NCBI GenBank assembly: GCA_964270895.1
Contig: OZ185440.1
Source: Podarcis filfolensis
Lineage: Eukaryota
Strand: one strand, 5' to 3'
DNA: 64,000 nucleotides
Made by a program: the position numbers and the translations under genes. Positions 37,521 to 50,900 of the stretch are shown one piece after another. Position 1 is the stretch's first letter. Each line of letters opens with the position of its first letter. A model generated the notes under the pieces. That model saw nothing but the letters and a program-made list of their open reading frames with translations, was not told where the DNA came from and ran no database searches.

Positions 37521-37969
37521 CTGAAAATAAAATGTCAAATGCAAAAAAGTGAATTTTAGACATGACCACACAGCAACAGCACAGCTTGTATCAGCCAACT
37601 GTGGAGACTAAAGCAGCTCTGATATTGAGATTCTCTTTAAATGCTAGTTGACACTAAATTGAACTGACAGGGCTTTTAGAACAAATTAAAGGGTCACAGA
37701 ATTAAATCTTAACAAATCATATGGCCAACATAAAACTTTCTTCTGTAATGAACTAAACAGGAAAAAAATTTATAAATAGCTACAACTTCCAATAACACAA
37801 GAGGTTTTGTGATTTCAATGGGGCTAACTTCAGCTCTAAACTCACTTCTGTTAAATACCAATAGTTTCCCCCATAGTAAAAAAAGAAAAGAAAAGGTATT
37901 TTAAAATTTGATTATTTCTACATGTCTAAAAACATAACAGAGACCAAAATCACTGTATGTAATGCTTAC

Positions 37970-38036
37970 CTGTCCCTTGTACGTCATCCTTTTCGTGCAG
38001 TGATCCCCCAGAATCCACAGAAAGATTTTCAAAAGA
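37970..38036 (-). CDS. ARHGAP29: ARHGAP29 exon 6 (67 bp)
   Basis: SFENLSVDSGGSLHEKDDVQGT(G); human has SFENVSVES. Confidence 0.93.
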
Positions 38037-39759
38037 CTAGCATTCAATAAAATGCAGCCTGTTAGCATCAGCTAAGCAAACAGATGATTAAACACTCAAC
38101 ATATACTAACTATGTGGCGTTATTCAATACTGACATAGCAAGAGAATGGAGTAGAATGCACTCCTGCCCAGTAACTCCATTCCCTTTTAAATCTACAATG
38201 GTTGAAAAAGGCAAGACAATTTAGGCACTGTAGTATAGAAAGCCTTTCAATGTGTCAAACATTTTCAAACAGCCTTTTAAAGCTTTGATGGAGCTGGTTA
38301 CTTAACAAAATTAAGTTAACTATTCCCCCTGAAAAAAATGGCTAATTTATGAATGAACTTGATGCATAGTCAAAGCATGACCCCAAGTGTATTTTAAACT
38401 TTGCACAATATTCCTGAAAACTTATTTTCAGTTCAATAGTACAGTACCCTGTCCGTGCAAAGTGGATGGAAAGGAAGCATTGTTGCCATTTTTCTCCATC
38501 AGAAAGGAAAATGCCCAAATGTCCATTATGGTGTAAAAGCAAACAGAACCTCCCCCGCATCCAAAAATAATAAATAAATAAAATTGAAAAGGAAAATACA
38601 AAAAAGGTTATAAAACGCCCATAGGTAACCTTACCAACATGCACTACCATTTAAAATTAGACTTTCTAGCTAGTCAGCCTCATATGAATCTGGACAATGA
38701 TGACAGGCAAAGTCTATTAGGCATACGAAAAAGCTTTTAAAATGTCCAGAATATAAGGCGGGCACTGGGAATGGTGTTAACAGCGTCATTGTCACAAATA
38801 TTCAACACGTGTTTGTTGCACATGTACAAACACATTTTACAAAGCATCCCAAGAGCAATAAATATAGGTACAAGTAAAAGTATTCTATTTTCCCAGAAAA
38901 AAAGGTACTGCAATTTCTATGCTTGCACAACAGGTGCCAATTTTGGCAAAATGGTATGTGGACTGGGTGCAACGAATGAAGCATGAACATGCATCAGTGG
39001 AAACAAAATCCGGTTTACATACAATGTGCCAATTACTTGCAAGTTAAGCATATTAGAAATGCTTAACTTCAATTACACACCCCTTTCAGACAATCAAGGA
39101 AGCTCTCAATGTGACAGAAGGTAAAAAGATTAGCTTCTCCTCTACCAACACACTGGAAAACTGGCTGGCGACAGGTGATATTTTCAGAGAGCTGAAGGTG
39201 ATATGATGGAAGCATCGCTACACACTGTATTTTTAGCCCATTCTCTTTGGGGTGCTTCAGAAAGAGCCAACATAAAATTGCAAAATTTGTTTGATGAAGG
39301 ATTGCAGTGGGACAAAAGAAATGAATGAGAGGCAATGCCTCCAATATTACCCTCAACTCTTTAAAAAGTAGCCTACTAGGAACATGATAAAGAAAAAAGA
39401 TGGCTGCCTCATAAGCACATAAGGGTAGCCATCAAGGGCGGCCTTCAGTAATCTTTCGTAATATGGTGCCCTGTTCAAGGCCAAAAACTGGAACCCCCAA
39501 ATGGATCTTCTCAATTTTGCACTCCCTCGGCTCAGCACCCTGTGTGGCAGAACTGCCTGCACCACCCTATTAACACTTGTTTAGTAAGGTTTTCTGCCAA
39601 TGACAGAGACCACATTGCTTATACCATTCCTCTACTGTTCCTTGAGACTTCCAGTTTTGTTTTGTCCCGCCCCCCCCCCAAATCATTTGGCTTGCTGCAA
39701 CCAAGGTTTTCAAGCGATATCAATAGGACAATGCAATAAATGAGCAACATTTTAAATTA

Positions 39760-40230
39760 AGCCTAGTAAATTAGTTAACTCTGGTAACTAGTGCAAGTGG
39801 TACAACACAGGTGTAATATGCTTTAGCTACCTGGCCACCCATCAGTTGGGTAGCCATATTTTGTACCAGTCAAAGCTTCAGAACTATTGTTAAAGGCAGC
39901 CCCACATAGAGTGCATTATAATAGTCTAGCCTGGATGTCACTAGTGTGCATGGATAACTGAAGTAAGATCCATTCTCTCCAGACAGGGCCTCAGCTAGCG
40001 AGCCAGGCAAAAAGCTGGTAAAAAGCACTCCTGGCCACTGCTAGCACCTGAGCATCCCCAGTTAGCACCATCCATGTTCACTACCAAACTGCCAGCTCTT
40101 CAGGGGTCCACAACCCCACTTAGGACTAGTTGCATATCTCTATCTGGAGGAATCTGTTTCCCCAACCACAATATCTTCATCTTACCTGGATTAAGCATTG
40201 ACTTAATTTACCAAGTATCATTAAAGCAGC
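39760..40230 (-). mobile_element. L2-type LINE ORF2 fragment (RT C-terminal)
   Basis: LNPGKMKILWLG and LVTSRLDYYNALYVGLP motifs on the minus strand. Confidence 0.82.
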
Positions 40231-40595
40231 TGAAGCACAAGCAGGGCTTGAAAGTTACTTTTTCATCTAATACAATTTGACACAGTAATTAATTTGCAGC
40301 TTCCTACTTCGGGTCTGCTTGGCCCAAGCACCTTAACTACTGTACTTTTGTGTAAAGAAATTCCAAAGAGAAGCTGCTATAAATTAGGCCTTATATATAT
40401 ATATTTACATCTAGGAACTACTTATTAGTTCTTAGAAAACATTAGTTTTAGATGTTCATTAGCGTATTTCTACAACAACAACAACAAAACCATTTTAAAC
40501 TGATCCTGCTGGATAGTAAAAAAAATAATGCTCTCTTCTATAATATTACTAAAGGCAAAATGTATTTTAACAACTTAAAAAAATATTCACCCTAC

Positions 40596-40668
40596 CTGAC
40601 TTTGTCGAGATACGGGAAGACCCAATGTTGAGCTATTATCCACATCTCCCATAAGGAAGTCTGAAACT
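40596..40668 (-). CDS. ARHGAP29: ARHGAP29 exon 5 (73 bp)
   Basis: (I)VSDFLMGDVDNSSTLGLPVSRQSQ. Confidence 0.95.
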
Positions 40669-41695
40669 CTGCCATGAGAACCAGAAGAAAATTCACTCAT
40701 GCTTTGCCCTGCTATACAAGAACAAAATGTCTACCTAATACTCAGAACAGACAACCACATGGGAATGTTCAGTGTTTATTTAAGGCGTCCTCTGCCTGTA
40801 AAAGGTAAGTAAAAAATAGATACAAAACCTAGATGTGGAACTATTTTACTACAAATTATTTTGAACACTGATAGTTCAAGATTTGGTTCACTGAAATTAG
40901 AGTCAACCAAACTGAGAAGGCAAGAGTATATTTTCCAGCCACTGGGTAGACATGGAAAGCATTCAGCTGTCATGTTAAACTATGGCTCAGTGAGATATGA
41001 GCGAGCCTGGCTACCTCCCGGGCTCATATGCTTCCCCTCTCCTCATGCTGGGCAGCTGGGAGGAGTCTGAAAGCATCTGCTTTATGACACTGTCTAGTGC
41101 CATCAGAACCCAGAACTGTGATTAACATTAACTATGGTTGAATAAACCAGGTTCAGAGGTCACAGTTTGAAATTGGTCTGCTTGAAAGTAATCCAAGTAA
41201 ACCTCTTCCAAGTAAACCTCTTGTACAAGAGGAGGGCAGGAGAAGCACGCAAGTGTGTGTGGGAGACTATGCTCTTCAATATCTTGCATTAGCATGTTTC
41301 TACAACAACAACAAATTCATTTTAAATCATTGTTCAGTAAGATGTCCAAACACAACCATAGTTTCTTAATTTCCCCTTAAGGTACCTTCGCAATTACTGG
41401 AGCAAATAGGCAGAGCTACTGTGGGAAATGATTATGAAGAAGCAGTCACAAGAAAGGAATGGACCAGAACACAATGAAATTAAGTTTCTCAGCTAGAGTA
41501 CTTTACAAATACCCATTCTTTCTCATATTGTAAGAGCAGCATCTACGTAGTCCAAAACAGTATTGGCAGGGGGACAAGTAAAGTATAGACCAACAAATAG
41601 ACAAAAGTGTCACATTGCAGCAGAGTTCAAAGAAGGTGAAACTAAGGTGCTTCAGGAAACAAACCGAACAGTTACCGTAATTATTTTTTACTCAC

Positions 41696-41792
41696 ATGTT
41701 GCCAAATGTGAATGCCAGTGTGTCAATAGAAGAGAATATCTCACTTAGGACTTCTCGCTTGTTTTCTTCATTAACTTCCTTGAAGTTTACAG
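41696..41792 (-). CDS. ARHGAP29: ARHGAP29 exon 4 (97 bp)
   Basis: (A)VNFKEVNEENKREVLSEIFSSIDTLAFTFGN(I). Confidence 0.96.
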
Positions 41793-44700
41793 CTAAGGAA
41801 GAAAACAAAGAAGAGTAGATTAATCAGATTTTACTTTCACAGGCCATGAAACTGCTTCCAAGTCAAACCATAGGGCTATCTATATAACCTGTTGAAGTAA
41901 TAATTATGGGGAACATAGAACATCTATAAATTTGACAGTAGCATCTAGGTACCCAAATATTCATTAAATGCAGTATACTGATATTATAAATTCTGTCTCA
42001 GTATCTCTGAAGCCTACTTTCTACAGTTTTAAACTACATTTACCTACCATGAGACCCTCTTCAGGAATGCCATGTTAAATGACTATGTGTGAAAACTGAC
42101 AATGTAAAACAATGTTAAGTTTCTGCGCTTACAAAAGCTGCTTAAGGACCTGAGAATTCTCTACATCTCATGACAAGAAGGGAAGTATAACAAGTTCCCT
42201 TAGCAAAAGACTTAGATGTGGTAACTGTTTTTCAGAGATAGGAAAACAAAATATAATCTCCGTAAAGGAATAATACCCCATAATAGATCAGACTAGTTAG
42301 GGCTACACCAGACAAGATTATGGAAATCTTTTTCTTTGCAGGAATTACAGAGTAGGATGGGAAGAATGGCTCATTTGGATTGGTACTGCATCACAGAGGG
42401 AGCAGGATCAATCCTTTCCCCTTGTGCTATTTACCCAATAGAAATCATACAACCTCTCTCCTAGGCATAAATTTCTATTCATCCTATTCCTTCTATTCCT
42501 TCTTTCCTATGCACTTAATCAATTCTTGCAGATTTTTAATGCATTAAATGCATTTAAACTGTATCATTTCCCCTAAACTATGCATTTTGTCTACATTATT
42601 TCCCTAAAATATGTAGTTTTGCATGTTTTCAATTCACATACCCCTAAAATACACATTTTTGTACACATTTCCCCAAAAATATGCTTTTGTGCATATGTTT
42701 TGAAGCAAAACTGCATGGGAAAATTCGGAGAAGTGCATAATCTGACTGATAACCACATTCTGATCTACAAAAAAAGTCTGGGACTGGCAATTAGGGTGGC
42801 TCATTAAAAATGTGGACCAAATTCATTTTTTCCATCTGTAATCTCTCTTTCTCAAGCTGCTATTTGCTCTATTGTGGAAAATGTAGAGACACAGTCAGTG
42901 TCACTCAAAGCAGGGTAAACAGCAGCTTTGGTGTTCCCAGGTTACACCGCAATCATTTGCTACTGACCAAAATTTTAAGGATACTAGAGATGCATTCCCA
43001 GTCCCATCACCTCATCTAGTTTAGCCCTGAGATTCATTACTACTAAAATGTTGATACCTAGGAAGATTGGCACATATGGCACTCCTCAAAACAGTTTCCA
43101 TTTTTCACAGATAGCTGCTTGAAAATAGTTTGTTTGCAAAACAGTGGGGGCTGGGGGTGGGCAGCATACACTTAGAATTGAGGAACAGGGTTGCTCTAAG
43201 CACATGCTCTGCTCAGGAATTTTATTTCAATACCATAACAAAGTTCACAATCCTTTTACACAAGAGTTCGCTTCTGATTCTCCCCCAGCAATATTTCTTC
43301 ATTTCAGAAGCCTAATTTAGAAGGGAGAATGTTATTTTTATGCTAGTGCTAAATGGGAATTGGAATCCTTACTGATCTATCTCAAACCACTGAGTGATCT
43401 ACCAGCCGATCTCCATGTACTTTCTCCCACTTCTGCTTTGCAGAACCTCTTACCGATCACAGTAAAATGAACCAATTGGAATCAAATCCTAATCTTCAGT
43501 TCAATTTTAAAAATGAAGTATAGAAGAAAAATCATTGGAAGTATAATTAGAAGTTAGAAATAGTAAACTTGTTAGAAAGAAATTTATTTGGAACAAGATC
43601 ATGTAGCTTACATCATGAATTGTGCAAAAAACCTAAAGTTTCCTGCCAGGTGTGTAAACACAAAAAGATAACAAATATACTAAGCCGGATATTCCATTAG
43701 ACTTCCTCTGTGAAAGGAAGAGTTTTTCCAGTAAACTGATACAAATTAACTCTCTAGTAATTATACAATACTATGATAAGCTAATGAGCTACTTAGACTA
43801 CATGGATTTTAACAGTTAGACAGACAGATATTTTAGGTGTGGTGGAAGAGGTTTCATCATACATTCTAAGTCCTGAAAACAATGCCTCGGCATTCATTGA
43901 ATATGCGCCAAAATCACTTCCGCTAAACTTTAGAATGTATGTTTGAATTCATCATAAGCATTTTAACAAATGAGTCTTGAACTAAGCAATCCTCTATTGC
44001 ACTGATCATTATTATCAGTAAGAAAAATGTAAAACTTTCAACATGCCAGGTATCATCAACTACTTTCAGTTTTGTTAAAATCGCATGCTTCCCTTGTATA
44101 ATATTCAAGCAATAAGCCTTCTCCTTGAGAAAAACGTATATATAACTGCACATTACAATACTCCTAACACAAATATAAATCAAGATTTAAATTTACATTA
44201 GGCAATTGGAGAAAAATTCTGTCAGGAAATCAATTTCCAAACTTCAGACAAATGGTTAACTATGAAAATTAGAAGGCCAGGAAATAAAGCAAGAAAATGC
44301 AAAGTATAATATACAATGCAAGTTGTTTAACTATTTTTCTCTAAATATATGTTGCCAGAAGAAATGCACACACTTTCCTGTTCTGGAAGCAATTCTTCAT
44401 TGCTCCATTTACGACACAAAACATTTTTGGAATCAGTAGCAGTGAATTCAGTAACTTAGTTCCATTATGTTTATTTAGGATTGCAGCCCTATGTTCATAA
44501 TCTGAAATTCCAAACAAGATAAAGATTGTACATTTATGTTTTCTACAAACAGGCAAGCAGACAAATGTAAGATATAAAGTGCAAGATTCCTACCTTCTTC
44601 CTGAAACACTTCCCTCCAAAGATTCCTATAGCCTTCCTTTCGGCCATTACTGGCACACTGATATTACTTAACATCAGCTTTGAACAGAGTCTTTCCCCAG

Positions 44701-47644
44701 GACATCCTGGCTGCACACAATAGCACGGACAACAATGAGTAGTAGTACTGTTTCTATGTCTGGAAATGGCAACTATCTTTGCCTCTACATTTTCAAGTGA
44801 GCACACAACTTTACAGAAATGGGAAGGATTAATGTAAACATATGACACCAACCACCATTTAAAGAAAACAAAACCACTATTCAAAGACTTATATAACAAC
44901 TTGGCATATCAATCTAAAGGGATACTTGTCAACTACGTAATAAATTTTCTAACTGTATATTTTTCTAAATATTCACTGATTTAAATGTATGCGCTATAGA
45001 ATACTACCAGGTTGCCCGTTTTTTCCAGGGCAAAGACACCAGAAACGTGAGATTACTGCACTTTGCAATTGTTATTTAACAAGTGTTTGTTAGTAAAGCA
45101 AATTCACATTTCTTTAGCTGACATGTTTGAAGTTTCTTAAAAGCTTCAAAATTTTGGAATCCAAGATGTTAAAAGTCTTTACATTTCCCCTAATTACATA
45201 TGATCGGGGGTTGTTGTTTTTTAAAAAGTAACAGGATGTCCGAAGAAAAAACAGATACAAGTGGAGAGTAATGAAAGGGTGTGGCAGGGCAGTGGACTTG
45301 CTAATTTTGGAACAAACCACAAGCTTCATATCATGTCTCCAAGGCCTCGTACAAGACTTTTCACTTAAGTTTTGCCTTGTGATTTTAAGCTTTGGATCTC
45401 ATGCCAGTCTCCTGAAAAATTTATCTCCTCATGGTATTGCAAAATAAATGCTCTCGGGAATTGCAATTTAGTTAACAATCACTATCGTAACTCTCCCAGG
45501 CCTCTCTGTTTTAACACAGTAACCACAACACTCACTTAGGTAACCAAATGAAAGTACAAACACACTTACAGGAGATGTATCAGTTTTTTATAGTTACATT
45601 ATGCTTATTATTTTACGAGAATAATTTATAAATGCAAATGGTATTTCAAAAGTGTTAATGCTGGGCCCCAACAAAAGATAAATTTTATATGGATAATTTA
45701 AGTAGTAACAATAGGCGTTTTATCACACGTAGCTAACACAAAAGAAGTCTACCTTGCATACTTGAAGGCAGGCCCTGACTTCAATGTGACTAATTTTAAA
45801 ACTCCTTTAGGAATATAGATCCAGAATGTAGACTGTATCCTTCAACAAATCTGCTACAAATGAACAGAACTGGTTGATTATGTGTAACTTTGTGTTTTTA
45901 TATTGTAAACAGCTCTATGATCCTCAGATGAAGGGTGGTATAAAAATTTAATAAATAACAACTGTTATGGCTCTTCACCTGGTCAGCTAAACAACAAAGG
46001 ATGCTGCCTTTTACTGAATCAGACCATTGGTCAACCTAACTAGGGTTGCCATTTTTTGAAGAGCAAAAAAGAGGAGACATTTGCTGACTTCTACTTTTAA
46101 CTATGGATCTCTAAGACAACTCTCATTTTAAATACCCCTACTATATGTAGGCTATAGAAGCTGTGATATACCGCTAGTAGCAATGTTTTTAACTCTAAAT
46201 AGCCCACGGGACTAGAGAAGCAGGCACCACAACTACAAATACCCATGTGACCACAAAAGTTTTGGCAGAAAGTCCACCCCCAACCCTCATAATAAAGGCT
46301 TAAAGATATGTAACTCCTGCCATCTTACTCTGTTGCTCAGCACCTACACAACGAAACACAAGCTTGAGAGCTGGTCAAATGACATCTGCAGCAGGAAAGG
46401 AGGGCATGTTATGTCACTGTACAGATGAACTGTTATTTTTAAATTCTCTGTGCAGGACTACATATGGCACAATAGTAGCCTTGGCATTGATGTAGACTGT
46501 ACTGAAGATGGTGCAGAAGACAGCAATGAGGTAGTCACGGTTTGAGGTCAAAAGGGATTGCACCTTGCAGCAACAAGGCTATAACAGTGGTAGGAGCTGC
46601 TTTCTTGGCTGTGGTGGATAGTATGGCGTGAGGTGGTTTCAAAACCATTATTGTCACTGGCTAGTGCCAGCAAGGCTCTCTCTACCCTGAAAAAGGAGAT
46701 CTGCTTCAGTGGTAGCATCATGACAAGCATTTCCATCCCTGATGAAAATAAGATTCACAGTGCTAGGGCGAACGAATTAAGACTATTTTTTAAGCAGAGA
46801 TGAGGAAACTTTTGAGGGGCCCAAAGATAAGATGTGAAAGCCTGACAGACACACTCAAAAATCTGGAGGAACAGTAAAAAAAAGTTATTAAATAATTTAT
46901 CTTTTGGAATGTGTGAAATGCTTTAAGACACTTTTTACTCACCCCCAAAATACTATTTTTATGTAAAACAGTACACAGCATTAGAGAACAATTATTTCTT
47001 TGTGTTATAGACATATGCTTTGAGTCTCAAATATTGAAATGCAAGATGCATTTCTGAACCTAGAACACATGGTGCCCTCAAAGACATGGTTGGATTGCAA
47101 CTTTTATCACCTACAATCATTGGTTCTGTTGTATGGAGCTGATGAAAACTGCAATCTAACAATAGCCGAAGGACACCATATTGGCTGCCTATGATTTATG
47201 GGGTGATACTATGTTCACGAGAGGAGCATGCAGGACCTTTTTTGCTTATGAATTGCTGCTTGCTTTGTTCTGGTGACCTTTAACATCTCCTGTCCCTTTG
47301 GCTGGCCCCTCTCTTGTGATCAATCTTTCTACCTCTCTCCCAATATCTGTGACATGGACAGCCTGCTACAAAATATCACAATCCTATATGCATGTCTACT
47401 CAAAAGGAAATCCCATTGGGTTCAATGCTGGCAACTCAGGCATTCACAATATTGAGGTTGCAATCCTTTGTGTACTTACCTCTTATTTCTGAGTAAATTA
47501 TTTGGCTGAGTGATTTAGATGGTGCAGCAATAAAACTGCTATGCCAGAAAGTATGATTTTATGTTAAGTTATAAATTTTATGTTTTAAAGCAGTAAAATA
47601 AGTTTTGGCTTGTAAAAAAAAGAAGTCACTATTGCATATATTGA

Positions 47645-47998
47645 GGGACGCGGGTGGCACTGTGGGTTCAAGCACAGAGCCTAGGACTTGCCGATCAGAA
47701 GTTCAGCGGTTCGAATCCCCGTGACGGGGTGAGCTCCCGTTGCTCGGTCCCAGCTCCTGCCAACCTAGCAGTTCAAAAGCACGTCAAAGTGCAAGTAGAT
47801 AAATAGGTACCGCTCCAGCGGGAAGGTAAACGGCGTTTCCGTGCGCTGCTCTGGTTCACCAGAAGCGGTTTAGTCATGCTGGCCACGTAACCCGGAAGCT
47901 GTACGTTGGCTCCCTCGGCCAATAAAGCAAGATGAGCGCCGCAACCCCAGAGTCGCCCACGACTGGACCTAATGGTCAGGGGTCCCTTTACCTTTACC
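47645..47998 (+). mobile_element. Full-length Sauria (Squam1) SINE with TSD
   Basis: gggacgcgggtggc...ggttcgaatcccc (B box)...ccctttacctttacc; 14-bp TSD ctattgcatatatt at 47629-47642 and 47998-48011. Confidence 0.93.
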
Positions 47999-50104
47999 TA
48001 TTGCATATATTTAAATTTTCCCCTAAGTTTCCACCCCCCCAAAAAAAGTACTTTCATGACTTCAAAATGTATGGAAGTTCTACTTATGTTAAGTCAGTGG
48101 CAGATGATGTCATCTCTTCTCTCCACCTACTTCCTCTCCACCTGATACAGCTGGAGGAAGGGAAGATTGCTTTTGCCAGTGGTCTTCAACTGAACTTGAA
48201 GAAAGCTTCCCCCATCCTCATTCTATCACTCCATTTCAGCTTCCATTCCTATTTTTCTCCTCCTGTTGGGCTTCCTCCAATGACATGATTTTGGCACAGT
48301 GCTGTATGTGGGTCCAAGGACCACAGACTGACCACTGCTGATCTACACAAATCCTGTGTTGTTTCATAGTTCTGATGGCATGATGGAGACCCAATACTGA
48401 TGGAGCTCCCTGGATATTCTGAGGCAGGCATGCTATTTTGGCTGCAGTGATAGTAAGCCTCTAGACCAGGAGCTAAGAGCCAGTGGCCCATGGGGTAGAT
48501 GGAGCCCATGAAGGCTCCCCATATGGCCCATAGTATTCCCTTGCTCCCAAGCAATTTGGCTTGAAAAAAGCCAACAGAACCCAACAATAGAACCCTTCCC
48601 AGCTGCAATCTTCATTTTTAAAAAATCCCCCACTGACAACTGGATTTGAATAATGTGTTTAAAAAGTGAAATCTAATTGCTATGGGAGGGGAAGCAACAT
48701 ACTGCATGCATGTGCATGGATGTGCATTGCAGGGGATTGGACAGGATGACCCTTGGGGTCCTTTTCAACTGTGATTCTATGTGCTCCATGTACATATGAT
48801 GACATATGTACTCTGTCAAGTCTGCCCTGTCTACATAGGTTCTACCACTTTTGTTTTGACCGTACCCACTGTTGGCATGTGCCTCTAGCTTGAAGGTTAG
48901 CCATTAGATATGTGGCTTTGAAACTGTAAGGTTCCCTACTCTTAGTCTAGGGTTGGGTTGGGTCCCCAGCTGTTTTTGGACAACAATTCCTATCTTCCCT
49001 GACCAGTGGCCCTGCTAACTAGGCTTGATCAGAGTGGTAGTCCAACAACAGCTGGAGATCGAAGTTTGGGAAACCCTGGTCTAGACCCAAGAAAAGGAAA
49101 GAGCTGTCTCAATTTCTCCAGGATCAGCTAAAGGGGAAAACCAAGTCTGAGTATCTTGCAGAGGCTAGGTTGAACATGCTTATTAAATGGCACTCTCGAG
49201 AACTGGCTGATGATCAGCAAAGCTCCTGAGAACTGCTATTTGTTAATAATAGTAGTCTCACAGTTTCACAACAGTTTCACAACATAGTTGTTCTTACACT
49301 TGTGGTTTCTCTTTCCCGTCTTGAACCCAAAGTTATGCAACAACTGTTCCTCCAAATAAGCTGATAAACCCTGTACATCTAGCTTCAATCCTACACAACA
49401 ATATACATACAAGTTACCAGCATATCACATATTTCAAATACAGGTGGCGACCATTCCGCACAGGCATTCTGTTCCCAGCTACTGTGTGCTTCAGCAGAGT
49501 GTTCCCCAGCCCATTACACCTTGCCCTGCCCCCATTCTGCCCTCTTCTGAGTACAAAATAACCCACGTGTTAGCAATCACACGCCAACTGGACGCGTCTT
49601 CAATGGTCGCTACCTGTACAGACATAAATCTCACTGCCGAAAATGAAAACATGCAACACAAATAGACTGGTACTTTTAATTTATAGCAGTAAATGACCTT
49701 TTTCTCACTGGGCAATTTGAGTGTATTGGTCTGAGTAAAGACTTGGATAAGCTGAAACATTAAACAGAGATCCCTCCAGAATCACTACGAACAAGCTAAG
49801 TCCCGCAGTTCTGTTGTAGTACAGAGCTGTTTAAAACAGTGTTAATTTAACTTTGTAAGCCTACAAAGTTTGCAGTCTAGCATGCACCTGCTGTGTGCTA
49901 GCAAGAGAGGAATAGCTCTGTTCCTCATTTAGCAGTCCCACACATGTCTGAAGGATTGGTTTGGGATTTCCCTCCTCTGGCAAATTATATGGTTGAGTGT
50001 CTTTGGAAGTAAATACAGGAGAAGTGCTAACAGCAACATCTGTATTACATCACAAGGCAACTTTACTTACTATATCAAGTTGCAAAAGTTCTCCTTTTCC
50101 TTAC

Positions 50105-50248
50105 CTTTCACTTTTGCGATGACTGTTCCTGCAGCACTTAGAATATCAACTGAATTAAGACATTGGTGCTTGCTAATGATTGCCTTTAGCACACGCAGGA
50201 GTTCACCCAAACGTTCATGAACAACATGATGCAGACAATCTTGTTTTT
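50105..50248 (-). CDS. ARHGAP29: ARHGAP29 exon 3 (144 bp)
   Basis: (E)KQDCLHHVVHERLGELLRVLKAIISKHQCLNSVDILSAAGTVIAKVK(A). ccttttcag acceptor, GTAAG donor; phase 1 at both ends. Confidence 0.95.
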
Positions 50249-50559
50249 CTGAAAAGGAAAGGAAAAAATATTTAACTATAAAAATCGACATGAAGCACTG
50301 CAAATATGTTTTACCTCTGATATCATGAAAGTTTAGTCATGTGGACCAGATCTATTTTGCCTTCATAAACTAGTTCCTGCTTGAAATGTGTAAGAACAAG
50401 TGTTGCATTTCAAACAGAGCGTAAAGAATCATTTGGGGTACAATTCTACAGATCTTTGGAAAGGCAGCGCAAGAGTAATTGGAGATATCAGATGTATTAT
50501 TTAATAAAAACATTTCTATCATTTTTAAGAATCCCAAAACAGCATTCAACAGTAAAAGA

Positions 50560-50900
50560 ATGCAACAAAGAAAAAAAACATATCCATAAAAAAATAGAAG
50601 ACCATCATTACAGTACTATAGTCATTAAAAACTGGCATCAATGGTGAGCGAAAACATTGGGCGAAGAGGAAAAATAAGCAATGGACATAGATCATTGTTT
50701 CTGCCTGCCATACTGCAGAGAGAAGTTCATTCCACAGCACAGGTGCAACCACAGATAAAGGCCCATACCCATGTTGCCTCAAAACGGAACTCTGCAGGTT
50801 GCAACACAACCAACAGGGTCTCCTTCAGCCACAGTAGTGATATAATGAGTCTACAGGGTGGCGGAAGCGGGGAGAGATGCTCTTTCAGGTAATCTTATAT
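50560..50900 (-). mobile_element. L2-type LINE 3' fragment
   Basis: Minus strand gives YLKEHLSP...SVVAPVLWNEL, corresponding to the L2 RAFSVAAPxLWNxLP motif. Confidence 0.78.
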